DNA from: Candidatus Altimarinota bacterium
Lineage (GTDB): Bacteria > Patescibacteriota > Gracilibacteria > UBA1369 > GCA-2718715
Reading direction: 5' to 3'
Assembly: GCA_041242255.1 (NCBI GenBank)
Contig: JBESAV010000001.1
Location: 936,478 to 1,000,477 of the forward strand
Length of the DNA: 64,000 bases
In this document: piece by piece, positions 30,107 through 40,487 of the stretch
Layout of the letters: every line of letters starts with the position of its first letter
Numbering within the stretch: the stretch's first letter is position 1
Notes under the pieces: generated by a model
The model's input: the letters and a program-made list of their open reading frames with translations, nothing else
What the model was told of the DNA's origin: nothing
Databases searched by the model: none
Translations under genes and position numbers: made by a program

Positions 30107-33100
30107 ATGGCTTCAAAAAAAGCACAAATCAAAGGAGGAACTAAGTACACTCCTTATTCTTCAGGTCTTGGTGAAAGGTACTATTTCACCGATAATGACT
30201 TGGACAAGTTCCCTCTTCCAAATCTAATCAAGCCTCAACTCGACAGCTTTGATTGGTTTTTAGGAGAAGGAATTCAAGAACTTCTTGACGAAGTTAATCC
30301 TATTCAGGACTTCTCAGGGAAAAAAATGGAACTTCACTTCTTAAATTACGAATTAGAAGAACCAAAACACGATCCAGAATATTGCCGTAAGAAAAACCTT
30401 ACATACGAAGCACGTATCAAATCTCACGTTCAACTAGTAAATAAAGAAACAGGTGAGATCAAGGAGCAAGATGTATCTCTTGGCTCTATCCCATTGATGA
30501 CTACCAAAGGTAGTTTCATCGTAAACGGAATTGAAAGAGTAGTAGTAAACCAAATCGTAAGAGCTCCAGGTGTATTCTTCTCTGATAACAAAAAGAATCA
30601 ATACGGTTCTGCCAAAATTATCCCTAAAAGAGGTGCTTGGCTAGAAGTAGAAACAAGTAAAAGAGGAATCATCAATGTTAAAATTGATAGAAAACGTAAA
30701 ATTCCAGTAACAGCTTTACTAAAAGTATTCGGATATGACACAGATGATAAAATCCTAGATCTTTTCAAAGATGATATCAAAGACCTTGAAAACGATTTCA
30801 TCACTAAAACTCTTGAAAAAGATCCATCAAACAACGTAGAGGAAGCTTACCAGTTGATCTACAAAAAGCTTCGTCCAGGTGATCTAGCAACTGCTGAAAA
30901 TGCAAAAGCTATGGTTAATGACCTTTTCTTTGATAGAAAGAAGTACGATATGGGGAAAGTTGCAAGATACAAAATGAACAAAAGGTTCGGACTTAAAACA
31001 GGAAACAAACCAGACGACCTTGTTTTCCAAGTTGAAGATTTTGTACACATCATGAAACACCTTATCGCACTAAATAATGAAGAAGTTAAAGCTGACGACA
31101 TCGACGATCTTTCAAACAGACGTATTAGAGGTGTAGGTGAACTTATCCAAGCCAAATTCCGTGTTGGTGTCCTCAGAACAGAAAGAATCGCCAAAGATAG
31201 AATGACAGTAATGGATCTTGAAACAGTAACTCCAACCCAATTAGTAAACTCAAGACCTATCACTGCGGCACTAAGAGAATTCTTTGCTAATTCTCAACTT
31301 TCTCAATTCATGGATCAAACCAATCCTCTTTCTGAGTTATCTCATAAAAGACGTATCTCAGCTATGGGTCCAGGTGGTCTATCAAGAGAAAGAGCATCAT
31401 TCGATGTAAGGGATGTACATCCTACTCACTATGGAAGAATCTGTCCTATTGCAACTCCAGAGGGACCAAATATTGGTCTTGTAGTTCATATGGCTTCTCA
31501 TTCTAAAATCAATGAATTCGGATTCCTACAATCTCCTTACAGAATTGTTAAAAACACTGTTCCAAACAAAGCAAAACATCTAGAAGGAAGAATCGTACGT
31601 GAAGAGATCTTAGACGGTAAAAAAGTTGTTGCTGAGTCAGACACAGTAATAGACAAAAAATTAGCAACCAAACTTACTAAAATCAAAGACCTGAAAGAAG
31701 TTCCTGTTAGACCTTATGTTACTGATGAAATCGAGTACTTAGATTCTGACGAAGAAAGAAACACAGTAGTTGCCCAAGCAAGTTCTGAACTAGATGAGCT
31801 TGGACAATTCACTTTAAAAAGAGTTTCAGCCCGTAAACATTACGAAGCAACTCTAGCCCATGTAAATGACCTTACACATATTGATGTATCTCCAAAACAG
31901 ATCATCTCTATCTCAACCGCACTTATCCCATTCTTAGAAAATGACGATAATACTCGTGCATTGATGGGTACAAACATGCATAGACAGGCAGTACCACTTG
32001 TCACTCCACAAAGACCAGTAGTAGGTACAGGTATGGAAGCTATCGCCGCTCAGAACAGTGGTCACGTTATCCTTGCCGAAGGTAAAGGAGAGGTAACTTA
32101 CGTAGACGGATCAATGATTACAGTAATGTACTCAAACGGTAAAAAAGTTGAATACAAACTACAAAATTTCATTCGATCAAACCAAGGTACAGCTCTTCAC
32201 CAAAGGCCTACTGTCTCTAAAGGTGACAAAGTTAAAAAAGGAGATCTACTTGCTGATGGTTCATCTATCGATCAAGGAGAACTAGCTCTTGGAGCAAATC
32301 TTCTAACAGCTTACCTACCATGGGAAGGATACAACTTTGAGGATGCGGTAGTTATATCAGAAAAACTTGTAAGAGAAGGAACTTTCGACTCTGTACATAT
32401 TGAGAACTACACAATAGACATCCGTGATACAAAACTAGGACCAGAAGAAATCACAAAAGACATCCCAAATGTAGCTGAAAACAAACTAAAAGATCTTCAA
32501 GATAACGGAATCATCCGTATCGGAGCTTCAGTTCAAGAAGGAGATATCTTAGTTGGGAAAATCACTCCAAAAGGAGAAACTGAACTAACCGCTGAAGAAA
32601 GACTTCTAAGAGCAATCTTCGGAGACAAAGCAAAAGACACAAAAGATACATCTCTAAGAATGCCTGGAGGGTCAGGAGGTAAAGTTGTAGACATTCAAAT
32701 CTTCGACAGAGCCCAAGGTGATGAACTTCAAACTGGAGTTATCCAACAAATCCAAGTATCAGTTGCTCAAACTAGAAAAATCTCAGTTGGAGATAAAATC
32801 GCAGGGCATCACGGTAACAAAGGGGTAATCTCAAAAATCGTTCCAGAAGAAGACATGCCTTACCTACCAGATGGAACTCCAGTAGATATCGTATTAAATC
32901 CACTCGGGGTAATCTCTCGTATGAACATCGGACAACTACAAGAAAACCATCTTGGTGCAGCTGCTAAAAAACTTGGAATCAAAGTAGCAACTCAACCACT
33001 AGACGGTGTACCAAATGAAACTATCCACAATCTTCTCGAAGAAGCTGGATTAGACACTGACGGTAAAGTACAACTTTACGATGGTAAAACCGGAGAACCA

Positions 33101-33673
33101 TTTGCTCATAGAACTACAGTAGGTATCTCTTACATTCTTAAGCTTTACCACTTAGTTGAAGATAAAATCCATGCACGTTCTGTAGGACCATACTCTCTAG
33201 TAACTCAACAACCACTTGGAGGTAAAGCTCAACATGGTGGACAAAGATTTGGTGAGATGGAGGTATGGGCGCTTGAAGCTTACGGTGCATCGCACACTCT
33301 TCAAGAAATGCTTACAATCAAATCTGATGATGTATACGGAAGATCAAAAGCTTACGAATCAATCATCAAAAACGAATCAATCAAAAAACCAAGAACACCT
33401 GAATCATTCAATGTATTGGTAAAAGAACTACAAGGTCTAGGTCTATACGTAGAGCTAATCAACGACCTAACTTACGTAGATGAAAATCCAAAAGAATTTA
33501 TCTCAGGTGATCCTGAATCACATGAAGGAATTGACCCAGAAGTTGCTGAAGAAATTGAAAAAGAATCAGAAAATACAGCTGACACTGAAGAAATTCCTGA
33601 ACTAAATGTTTCAACCGGACTAGACACTTCTGATGAAAACGAGTCTGAAGAAGCTGAAACAGAACAAGCATAA
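30107..33673 (+). CDS. rpoB: RNA polymerase beta subunit
   Basis: NGIERVVV, SQFMDQTNPL, TPEGPNIGL, GDKIAGHHGNKG, GGQRFGEMEVWALE. Confidence 0.99.
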   Translation: MASKKAQIKGGTKYTPYSSGLGERYYFTDNDLDKFPLPNLIKPQLDSFDWFLGEGIQELLDEVNPIQDFSGKKMELHFLNYELEEPKHDPEYCRKKNLTYEARIKSHVQLVNKETGEIKEQDVSLGSIPLMTTKGSFIVNGIERVVVNQIVRAPGVFFSDNKKNQYGSAKIIPKRGAWLEVETSKRGIINVKIDRKRKIPVTALLKVFGYDTDDKILDLFKDDIKDLENDFITKTLEKDPSNNVEEAYQLIYKKLRPGDLATAENAKAMVNDLFFDRKKYDMGKVARYKMNKRFGLKTGNKPDDLVFQVEDFVHIMKHLIALNNEEVKADDIDDLSNRRIRGVGELIQAKFRVGVLRTERIAKDRMTVMDLETVTPTQLVNSRPITAALREFFANSQLSQFMDQTNPLSELSHKRRISAMGPGGLSRERASFDVRDVHPTHYGRICPIATPEGPNIGLVVHMASHSKINEFGFLQSPYRIVKNTVPNKAKHLEGRIVREEILDGKKVVAESDTVIDKKLATKLTKIKDLKEVPVRPYVTDEIEYLDSDEERNTVVAQASSELDELGQFTLKRVSARKHYEATLAHVNDLTHIDVSPKQIISISTALIPFLENDDNTRALMGTNMHRQAVPLVTPQRPVVGTGMEAIAAQNSGHVILAEGKGEVTYVDGSMITVMYSNGKKVEYKLQNFIRSNQGTALHQRPTVSKGDKVKKGDLLADGSSIDQGELALGANLLTAYLPWEGYNFEDAVVISEKLVREGTFDSVHIENYTIDIRDTKLGPEEITKDIPNVAENKLKDLQDNGIIRIGASVQEGDILVGKITPKGETELTAEERLLRAIFGDKAKDTKDTSLRMPGGSGGKVVDIQIFDRAQGDELQTGVIQQIQVSVAQTRKISVGDKIAGHHGNKGVISKIVPEEDMPYLPDGTPVDIVLNPLGVISRMNIGQLQENHLGAAAKKLGIKVATQPLDGVPNETIHNLLEEAGLDTDGKVQLYDGKTGEPFAHRTTVGISYILKLYHLVEDKIHARSVGPYSLVTQQPLGGKAQHGGQRFGEMEVWALEAYGASHTLQEMLTIKSDDVYGRSKAYESIIKNESIKKPRTPESFNVLVKELQGLGLYVELINDLTYVDENPKEFISGDPESHEGIDPEVAEEIEKESENTADTEEIPELNVSTGLDTSDENESEEAETEQA

Positions 33674-33695
33674 AATTTAAAACCAAGTAAAAATT

Positions 33696-36600
33696 ATGGC
33701 ATTTAATCAAAATCAAGCTTACCAAAACTTCGATGCGATAGCTTTGTCAGTTGCTTCTCCAGAACAAATCCTGTCTTGGTCTCATGGTGAAGTTAAAAAA
33801 CCTGAAACAATCAACTATCGTACCCAAAAACCAGAAAGAGACGGACTCTTCTGTGAAAGAATTTTTGGACCAACCAAAAATTACGAATGTTACTGTGGTA
33901 AGTACAAAAAAATCCGTTATAAAGGTGTTATCTGTGAAAAATGTGGTGTAGAAGTAACTCATTCTTCAGTTAGAAGACAAAGAATGGGACACATCAAGCT
34001 AGCAGTTCCTGTTACTCACATTTGGTACCTTAGATCTACTCCAAGTAGATTGGGTCTTCTACTAAACCTACCAGTTAAAACAATCGAACAAGTTGTTTAC
34101 TTTGCAGCTTACATTGTTACATCAGTAGATCATGACTCTAAAGCTCAAACTAAAGAGCAACTTACTCAAGAGTTTAAAGCTTACAAAAAGAAACTAATTT
34201 CTGAATACGAAGCTGAACAAAAAACTCTTGCTGAAGCTAAAGGTACTACCAAAAAAGCTGAAGAAGAGCTAGAAAAAGAATTTGCAAGAAAACTTGAAGT
34301 TCTTACAACCCAACACAACCAAGCTAAATCAGATATCGACAACCTTGAAGTTGGTAGCGTTCTAACTGAAATAGATTTCCGAGACATGTCTATGAAGTTC
34401 GGTCACATCTTCACTGCTGGAACTGGTGCTGAATCTATCGATCAAATCATCCGTGAGAAAGATCTAGAAAAAGAACTAGAAGAACTAGAAAAAGAAATCA
34501 TCGGAGCATCTGGTCAAAAGAAAAAGAAACTTATCAAACGTATTAAACTTCTAGGAAGCCTTATCCAATCTGAAATCAAACCAGAGTGGATGGTCCTGAA
34601 AGCTCTTCCAGTTATTCCGCCAGAGCTAAGACCAATGGTACAACTAGACGGAGGTAGATTTGCTGCTTCAGATCTAAATGATCTATACAGAAGAGTAATC
34701 AACAGAAACAACCGTCTGAAAAAACTTCTTTCAATCGGGGCGCCAGAAGTAATCTCTCGTAATGAAAAACGTATGCTTCAAGAAGCAGTTGATACACTTC
34801 TAAACATGAGTGCTAGACAATCACGTGCTTCATTTACAACAGGAAGAAGAAAACTTAAATCTCTTTCTGACATGCTAAAAGGTAAACAAGGTCGTTTCAG
34901 ACAAAACTTACTTGGTAAGCGTGTAGACTACTCTGGTCGTTCTGTAATCGTAGTAGGTCCTACTCTTGAACTAAATGAATGTGGTCTTCCAAAACAAATG
35001 GCTCTGACACTATTCAAACCATTCGTTATCTCAAAACTAATTGAGTACGGATACGCCCACAACATTAAAAGTGCAGAAAAACTTTTATCTCAAGGAGAAA
35101 AAGAAGTATGGGATCTTCTAGAAGAAGTAATCAAAGACAAATACGTTCTACTAAATCGTGCCCCTACACTTCACAGACTTGGTATTCAGGCTTTCCAACC
35201 AAGACTTATCGAAGGTAAAGCTATTCAATTACATCCATTAGTATGTTCTGCCTTCAATGCCGATTTCGATGGGGATCAAATGGCGGTACATGTACCACTA
35301 TCTGAAGCTGCACAGAAAGAAGCTAAAGAACTTATTCAGTCATCTAGAAATCTTCTTAAACCAGCTGCTGGAGACCCAACAATTACTCCATCTCAAGACA
35401 TGGTATTAGGAATCTACTTCCTAACTAAAATGACTCCAGGTAAGAAAGGGGAAGGAATGGTATTCGCAGACAAAGAAGAAGCTATAGCTGTTCTTGACCT
35501 AGGTAAATTATTCCTACAAGCACCAATCAAAGTAATGATCGATGGTGAAATAGTAGAAACTACTGCCGGAAGAATCATCTTCAATGAAATTCTTCCAGAA
35601 AAACTACAATTCCTTAACAAAGTTGTAGATAAGAAAACTCTTTCAAACATAATCTCAGAAGCAATCGACGAGTATGATCAAGACACAGTTGCTGAAATGT
35701 CAGATAACATTAAAGATCTCGGATTCAAATACGCAACTCAATCAGGTCTAACAATTGCAACTGCCGACATGCACATTCCAGATGAAAAATTTGGACTTCT
35801 AGATGAAGCTACTGAAGAGGTTAAAGAAATCTCAAACCTATACTGGAAAGGTATAATCACTGATGAAGAAAGAAAACAACACACCATTAAAGTATGGTCT
35901 AAAGCCAAAGACGCTGTACAGGACCAACTTATCGGTAAATTCGATGATGAGAGTGACATCCATTACATGGTAACTTCTGGAGCGAGAGGTAAATGGGGAC
36001 AAGTTACACAGATCAGTGGGATGAAAGGTCTTGTAGCAAATCCATCTGGGGAAACAATTGAACTTCCAATTAAATCGTCCCTAAAAGAAGGATTCTCTAT
36101 CCTAGAGTACTTCATCGCAACACATGGTGGACGTAAAGGTAAGTCAGATACAGCCTTAAAAACAGCCGAAGCTGGTTACTTAACTCGTAAACTAGTGGAC
36201 TCTGTACAAGATGTAATCATCCGTGAAGAGGAATGTGGTACAAAAGATTTCCATTCAATCACAAAAGAAGAAAGTGAAAAACTTGGTGTAGAATTTGGAA
36301 CCAGAATTTACGCAAGATTCGCTGGTGAAGACATTGTAGATCCTGATTCAGGAGAAATTCTTGTACAAGCCAACGAAGCTATCAAAAGAACAGTAGCTGA
36401 CAAAATAGCAATGAACGATAATATTTCTGAAGTAATAGTTAGATCACCTCTAACATGTAAAACTATCGGTGGTGTATGTCAGAAATGTTACGGTAAAGAT
36501 CTAGGTAACAACAAACCAGTCGATGTAGGTGCTCCTGTTGGTATTATCGCCGCTCAAAGTATCGGTGAACCAGGTACACAGCTGACAATGCGTACGTTCC

Positions 36601-37526
36601 ACATGGGAGGTATTGCCCAAGAATCAGACATCACACAAGGTCTTACACGTGTATCAGAAGTATTCGAAGCTAGAAACCCTAAGTCCCCTGCTATCCTTTC
36701 AGCAATTGATGGGACAGTAGCAATCAGCTCTAAAGGTTCTAAAACAGAAATTGAAGTAACTTCTGATGGTCCAATTGAGTATGAATTCGAAGTTGAAGAA
36801 AACTTCATGCCTGCAGTTGAAGTAGGAGATGAAGTTGAAAAGAAACAAACAATTGCAAAATCTCAAGTAAACAGCCGAACTACTAAAACAAAAGTTGCAG
36901 GTAAAGTAACTCACGCCGACAACTACTCAATCAAGATTGAGACAAACGGACCTGTTACACAAAAGTATACAATTCCAAAAGGTAAAAACATCAAAGTGGT
37001 GAAAGGTGACAAAGTTGTCAAAGGTCAACCAATGACATCTGGGTCTATCAACTTAAGAGACTTAACTAAGCTTACAAGCGCTTATACAACTCTTAGATAC
37101 ATCATTTCTGAAATCCAAGGAATCTACGCATCTCAAGGTCAAACAATCCATGAGAAACATCTAGAGATCATTGCTAGACAAATGCTATCTAAAGGTAGAA
37201 TCCTTGACCAAGGTGACTCACCATTCTTGGTTGGAGAGGTTAAAGATAAACTTGAAATCGACAAAGAAAATGAACGTCTTGAAGCAACAGGTAAACAACC
37301 AGCTAAATACGAACATCTTCTACTCGGTCTAACAAGAATCTCCCTCAACACTGATTCATGGTTATCATCTGCATCTTTCCAAGAAACTATCAGAGTTCTT
37401 GTAGAAGCAGCTACAACCAAACAAATCGACCACCTGGAAGGTCTAAAAGAAAATGTAATCATCGGTAAACTAATCCCAGTCGGTGAAACATTCAGAAAAA
37501 TGAAAGAACTAAACGAAGACGCATAA
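33696..37526 (+). CDS. rpoC: RNA polymerase beta' subunit
   Basis: Zn finger CYCGKYK..CEKC, NADFDGDQM, EPGTQLTMRTFH, GLKENVIIG. Confidence 0.99.
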   Translation: MAFNQNQAYQNFDAIALSVASPEQILSWSHGEVKKPETINYRTQKPERDGLFCERIFGPTKNYECYCGKYKKIRYKGVICEKCGVEVTHSSVRRQRMGHIKLAVPVTHIWYLRSTPSRLGLLLNLPVKTIEQVVYFAAYIVTSVDHDSKAQTKEQLTQEFKAYKKKLISEYEAEQKTLAEAKGTTKKAEEELEKEFARKLEVLTTQHNQAKSDIDNLEVGSVLTEIDFRDMSMKFGHIFTAGTGAESIDQIIREKDLEKELEELEKEIIGASGQKKKKLIKRIKLLGSLIQSEIKPEWMVLKALPVIPPELRPMVQLDGGRFAASDLNDLYRRVINRNNRLKKLLSIGAPEVISRNEKRMLQEAVDTLLNMSARQSRASFTTGRRKLKSLSDMLKGKQGRFRQNLLGKRVDYSGRSVIVVGPTLELNECGLPKQMALTLFKPFVISKLIEYGYAHNIKSAEKLLSQGEKEVWDLLEEVIKDKYVLLNRAPTLHRLGIQAFQPRLIEGKAIQLHPLVCSAFNADFDGDQMAVHVPLSEAAQKEAKELIQSSRNLLKPAAGDPTITPSQDMVLGIYFLTKMTPGKKGEGMVFADKEEAIAVLDLGKLFLQAPIKVMIDGEIVETTAGRIIFNEILPEKLQFLNKVVDKKTLSNIISEAIDEYDQDTVAEMSDNIKDLGFKYATQSGLTIATADMHIPDEKFGLLDEATEEVKEISNLYWKGIITDEERKQHTIKVWSKAKDAVQDQLIGKFDDESDIHYMVTSGARGKWGQVTQISGMKGLVANPSGETIELPIKSSLKEGFSILEYFIATHGGRKGKSDTALKTAEAGYLTRKLVDSVQDVIIREEECGTKDFHSITKEESEKLGVEFGTRIYARFAGEDIVDPDSGEILVQANEAIKRTVADKIAMNDNISEVIVRSPLTCKTIGGVCQKCYGKDLGNNKPVDVGAPVGIIAAQSIGEPGTQLTMRTFHMGGIAQESDITQGLTRVSEVFEARNPKSPAILSAIDGTVAISSKGSKTEIEVTSDGPIEYEFEVEENFMPAVEVGDEVEKKQTIAKSQVNSRTTKTKVAGKVTHADNYSIKIETNGPVTQKYTIPKGKNIKVVKGDKVVKGQPMTSGSINLRDLTKLTSAYTTLRYIISEIQGIYASQGQTIHEKHLEIIARQMLSKGRILDQGDSPFLVGEVKDKLEIDKENERLEATGKQPAKYEHLLLGLTRISLNTDSWLSSASFQETIRVLVEAATTKQIDHLEGLKENVIIGKLIPVGETFRKMKELNEDA

Positions 37527-37550
37527 TAAGTCTCTCATAGTTCAATCCAC

Positions 37551-37580
37551 AAAACCCCGTTTCAAAAAGACGGGGTTTTT
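37551..37580 (+). terminator. Terminator after rpoC
   Basis: AAAACCCCGT...ACGGGGTTTTT. Confidence 0.85.
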
Positions 37581-37599
37581 ATAATTAAAAGGTACATAA

Positions 37600-37627
37600 T
37601 TGACAAAAAGCATCAAAGTGTTAAAAT
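37600..37627 (+). promoter_or_regulatory. Promoter of orphan gene
   Basis: TTGACA-N16-TAAAAT with TG extension. Confidence 0.6.
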
Positions 37628-37658
37628 GCCAAAAATTAGGATATAATTCATAAATGAT

Positions 37659-38810
37659 ATGTCATTTGAATACTTCAGATTCAACCCAGGTTGTTCTCAA
37701 ACACCTAAACTCAATTCTATAGAACCATCTCATAGAAATCCTATAAACGTAGCTATGATTGAGCATGAATTGTATCATGGACCGTATGAAGGAATCTTGG
37801 ATTCTGAAACCGAAGAAACCGAAGAAATATACACACCAGAAAATACAATTAATGTCATTCCAAAAATAAATATTCGTTTATTTTTAGAGGTGTTGAAATT
37901 AAAAGTAAAACAAAAGGTTACCAGCGAAACCCAAAGTCTCACTAACGAAATCAAACAAAAAGTTAGCGACACACTACCTGAGATACAAGAGAATACATCT
38001 AGATCAATACCTGCACATTTCTACGAAGAAAATCAAACAACTAAAGAAGAAGTTAGTTTAATCTTAGAAAGAATTGAAGATCTTATTAAACGTCCAGTCT
38101 TCGGTTTATGGATAAAATCTTTACAAAAAATGCTGAAAGACTCACGTATGACTGGATGGCATTATTCCAAATATTACTCTGATAAAGAAGTAAACAGGTT
38201 CTATAATAAACTTAATAAACACAAAGCTTTTAATTCTCTCGGACTAGATGGATACGATAGAGATGATTTAGAATCAAATATTTTCTATATTGTTAAATAC
38301 CTTAGTGAAATCAGTGAGTTCATAACTCTTGATCAATATGTTCCAGAATCAAAAAGAAAATTAGAAATAAAAAACAAAACATTACTTACAGATGCAAAAA
38401 GGTACATTGCAGCACATGATATTCTTTTTATTGATTTACTGATGCTAAATCATGTTGAACTTACAAAAGTAAAAATCAACGGTAAAGGACTAATTACATT
38501 AGGTAAAAATTTAGGAATAGAAGAACCACATTTAATAAACTCAATCTATAGTTTACTTCAATGTATCTTCGAAACTACAGTTTCAGATGAAATAAATAGA
38601 TTCACCTCCCGTTTTAGTACATATTTACATGAAAATAATATCGATAGCTTTATAAAATTCAAAGATCATGACTTTACACAATTCCACCCAACCTTAAATA
38701 AGATTATGAAGATAAAGAGCTGTTTTGAAGGAACTGAAAATTCTAAGTTAAGCCTTAACGCCTTATGGAGGTTGATTGTTCAAAATCAATTAGCTCCTTA
38801 TAAAGGTTAA
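37659..38810 (+). CDS. Hypothetical protein
   Basis: 383-aa ORF with its own promoter, more AT-rich than neighbours. Confidence 0.7.
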   Translation: MSFEYFRFNPGCSQTPKLNSIEPSHRNPINVAMIEHELYHGPYEGILDSETEETEEIYTPENTINVIPKINIRLFLEVLKLKVKQKVTSETQSLTNEIKQKVSDTLPEIQENTSRSIPAHFYEENQTTKEEVSLILERIEDLIKRPVFGLWIKSLQKMLKDSRMTGWHYSKYYSDKEVNRFYNKLNKHKAFNSLGLDGYDRDDLESNIFYIVKYLSEISEFITLDQYVPESKRKLEIKNKTLLTDAKRYIAAHDILFIDLLMLNHVELTKVKINGKGLITLGKNLGIEEPHLINSIYSLLQCIFETTVSDEINRFTSRFSTYLHENNIDSFIKFKDHDFTQFHPTLNKIMKIKSCFEGTENSKLSLNALWRLIVQNQLAPYKG

Positions 38811-38871
38811 ATCATTATCATTGTACTTACAAAAAACCAACCACTAAAATAAACTAAATTAAACAATCCTA

Positions 38872-40419
38872 ATGAAAAAACTAACACTATCACTATTTAT
38901 TCTTACCCTGGTATTTAATGTAAATATCACCTCAGCTCAAACAGACGGACCATATATGTACACTTTTGTAGATTCAAAAGAAGGCAAAGGTAGTTACACC
39001 TTAGTTGAAAATGAAGAAAACATCTTTATGGAAGTAATACTTAAATCTTCTAAAAACAATCCTCACAATTTAGACATACAAGATCTAACAATTTCTTGTA
39101 CAGAGGACCTTATTTGGGATACGAGTGTAGAAATCGAGAATCAAACTTTCCAAGGTCAACACATCAATTCAGGTAAACATAAATTCAATATAAACCAAGA
39201 ATTCCCAATCAACGAATCTATAGAATTTAAATTTTCAGGGACAGCTCTAGATATAAAAGATACCACTCTTACAATTTGTGATATAGATAGTATCAGTTTT
39301 ACTCCAGACCATGGCGCTCAGTACCAATGGGAAAGTGGTTTCCGTGGAGTTGTCAGACCAGTTGAACTTACTAGAGATTACACTGGGATAGTAAATACTT
39401 TAAGTATTAACCCTAAATCTCCATATCCCTACCCATATTACATCGAGTATTTATATAATTCTGAAGAAACCTTTACTACAGATAGACCACCTTTTAAAAC
39501 ACCATTATTATACAATTTCAGAGTGATTGATGATCAAGTAAAACTAAATGAAACATACGTCGGTTGTGCCGGAGCAACTCCAGTAGAAAGCGTTATCCTA
39601 AACATAAATGGAGAGAAATATGAAATGAACCTCGATAAATCTTTCTTAAATCAAAAATACACATCTCCTCAATACATATCTGCTTTTTCATTCGATTTTG
39701 ATGGACTTCAACTACCAAACAACCCAAATCTAGTCGCACAAAACAATTATGTATCTATGATAGTAGAACCATCTTCTGTTTTGTTCAGTGATGACTCAGT
39801 TTGGTGTTCTTTTACTAAAATCAATTATGATTCATTGTTTCTAGAAAATCCTACTGCAGAAAGCGATAGTGTAAGAATTACTCGTGCTAAGGAATATGCT
39901 GATTCAAAATTAACAGATTTAGATTTTTTTGACCCCTCTTACACATATCAAAGTTACCTAATAAATCTAGGTATTATCAAGGGTTACCCAGACAAAACAT
40001 TCAGAGCAGATAATCCAATCAACCGTGCTGAATTAGCCGCCATCATTAATCGAACCTTTATAGATAACTCCATGTCATATGAAGCGCCATACAATCAAAA
40101 TTGCTTTAGTGATCTAGAAGAAAACTCTTGGTACATAGCAGATGTATGCAGACTCAACGCCCAAACCTGGTTAACAGGTGATGACTTATCTAAAACCTTC
40201 AGACCTGCAGATAACATCAATATGGTAGAAGCTCTAAAAGTTGTACTAAAAGCAATTGAGCAAGATCAATCCTTGACTGAAGGTCCACAATGGTACAGCA
40301 AATACCTTACACGAGGTAATGAGCTAAATATAATTTCAAGTACATACTTCAACAATCCAGGTAAAGACATAACCAGAGGCGAACTAGCTGAACTTATATA
40401 CAAAGCTATCTACCAATAG
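38872..40419 (+). CDS. Secreted S-layer homology (SLH) domain protein
   Basis: Signal peptide; GIIKGYPDKTFRADNPINRAEL, FRPADNINMVEAL, ITRGELA. Confidence 0.85.
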   Translation: MKKLTLSLFILTLVFNVNITSAQTDGPYMYTFVDSKEGKGSYTLVENEENIFMEVILKSSKNNPHNLDIQDLTISCTEDLIWDTSVEIENQTFQGQHINSGKHKFNINQEFPINESIEFKFSGTALDIKDTTLTICDIDSISFTPDHGAQYQWESGFRGVVRPVELTRDYTGIVNTLSINPKSPYPYPYYIEYLYNSEETFTTDRPPFKTPLLYNFRVIDDQVKLNETYVGCAGATPVESVILNINGEKYEMNLDKSFLNQKYTSPQYISAFSFDFDGLQLPNNPNLVAQNNYVSMIVEPSSVLFSDDSVWCSFTKINYDSLFLENPTAESDSVRITRAKEYADSKLTDLDFFDPSYTYQSYLINLGIIKGYPDKTFRADNPINRAELAAIINRTFIDNSMSYEAPYNQNCFSDLEENSWYIADVCRLNAQTWLTGDDLSKTFRPADNINMVEALKVVLKAIEQDQSLTEGPQWYSKYLTRGNELNIISSTYFNNPGKDITRGELAELIYKAIYQ

Positions 40420-40438
40420 CACAAATCAAAAATAAACC

Positions 40439-40471
40439 AAAAGCTCTCTTAGTTTTCATCTGAGAGCTTTT
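40439..40471. terminator. Bidirectional terminator
   Basis: AAAAGCTCTC...GAGAGCTTTTT. Confidence 0.75.
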
Positions 40472-40487
40472 TAGTATTCCCTTAATA

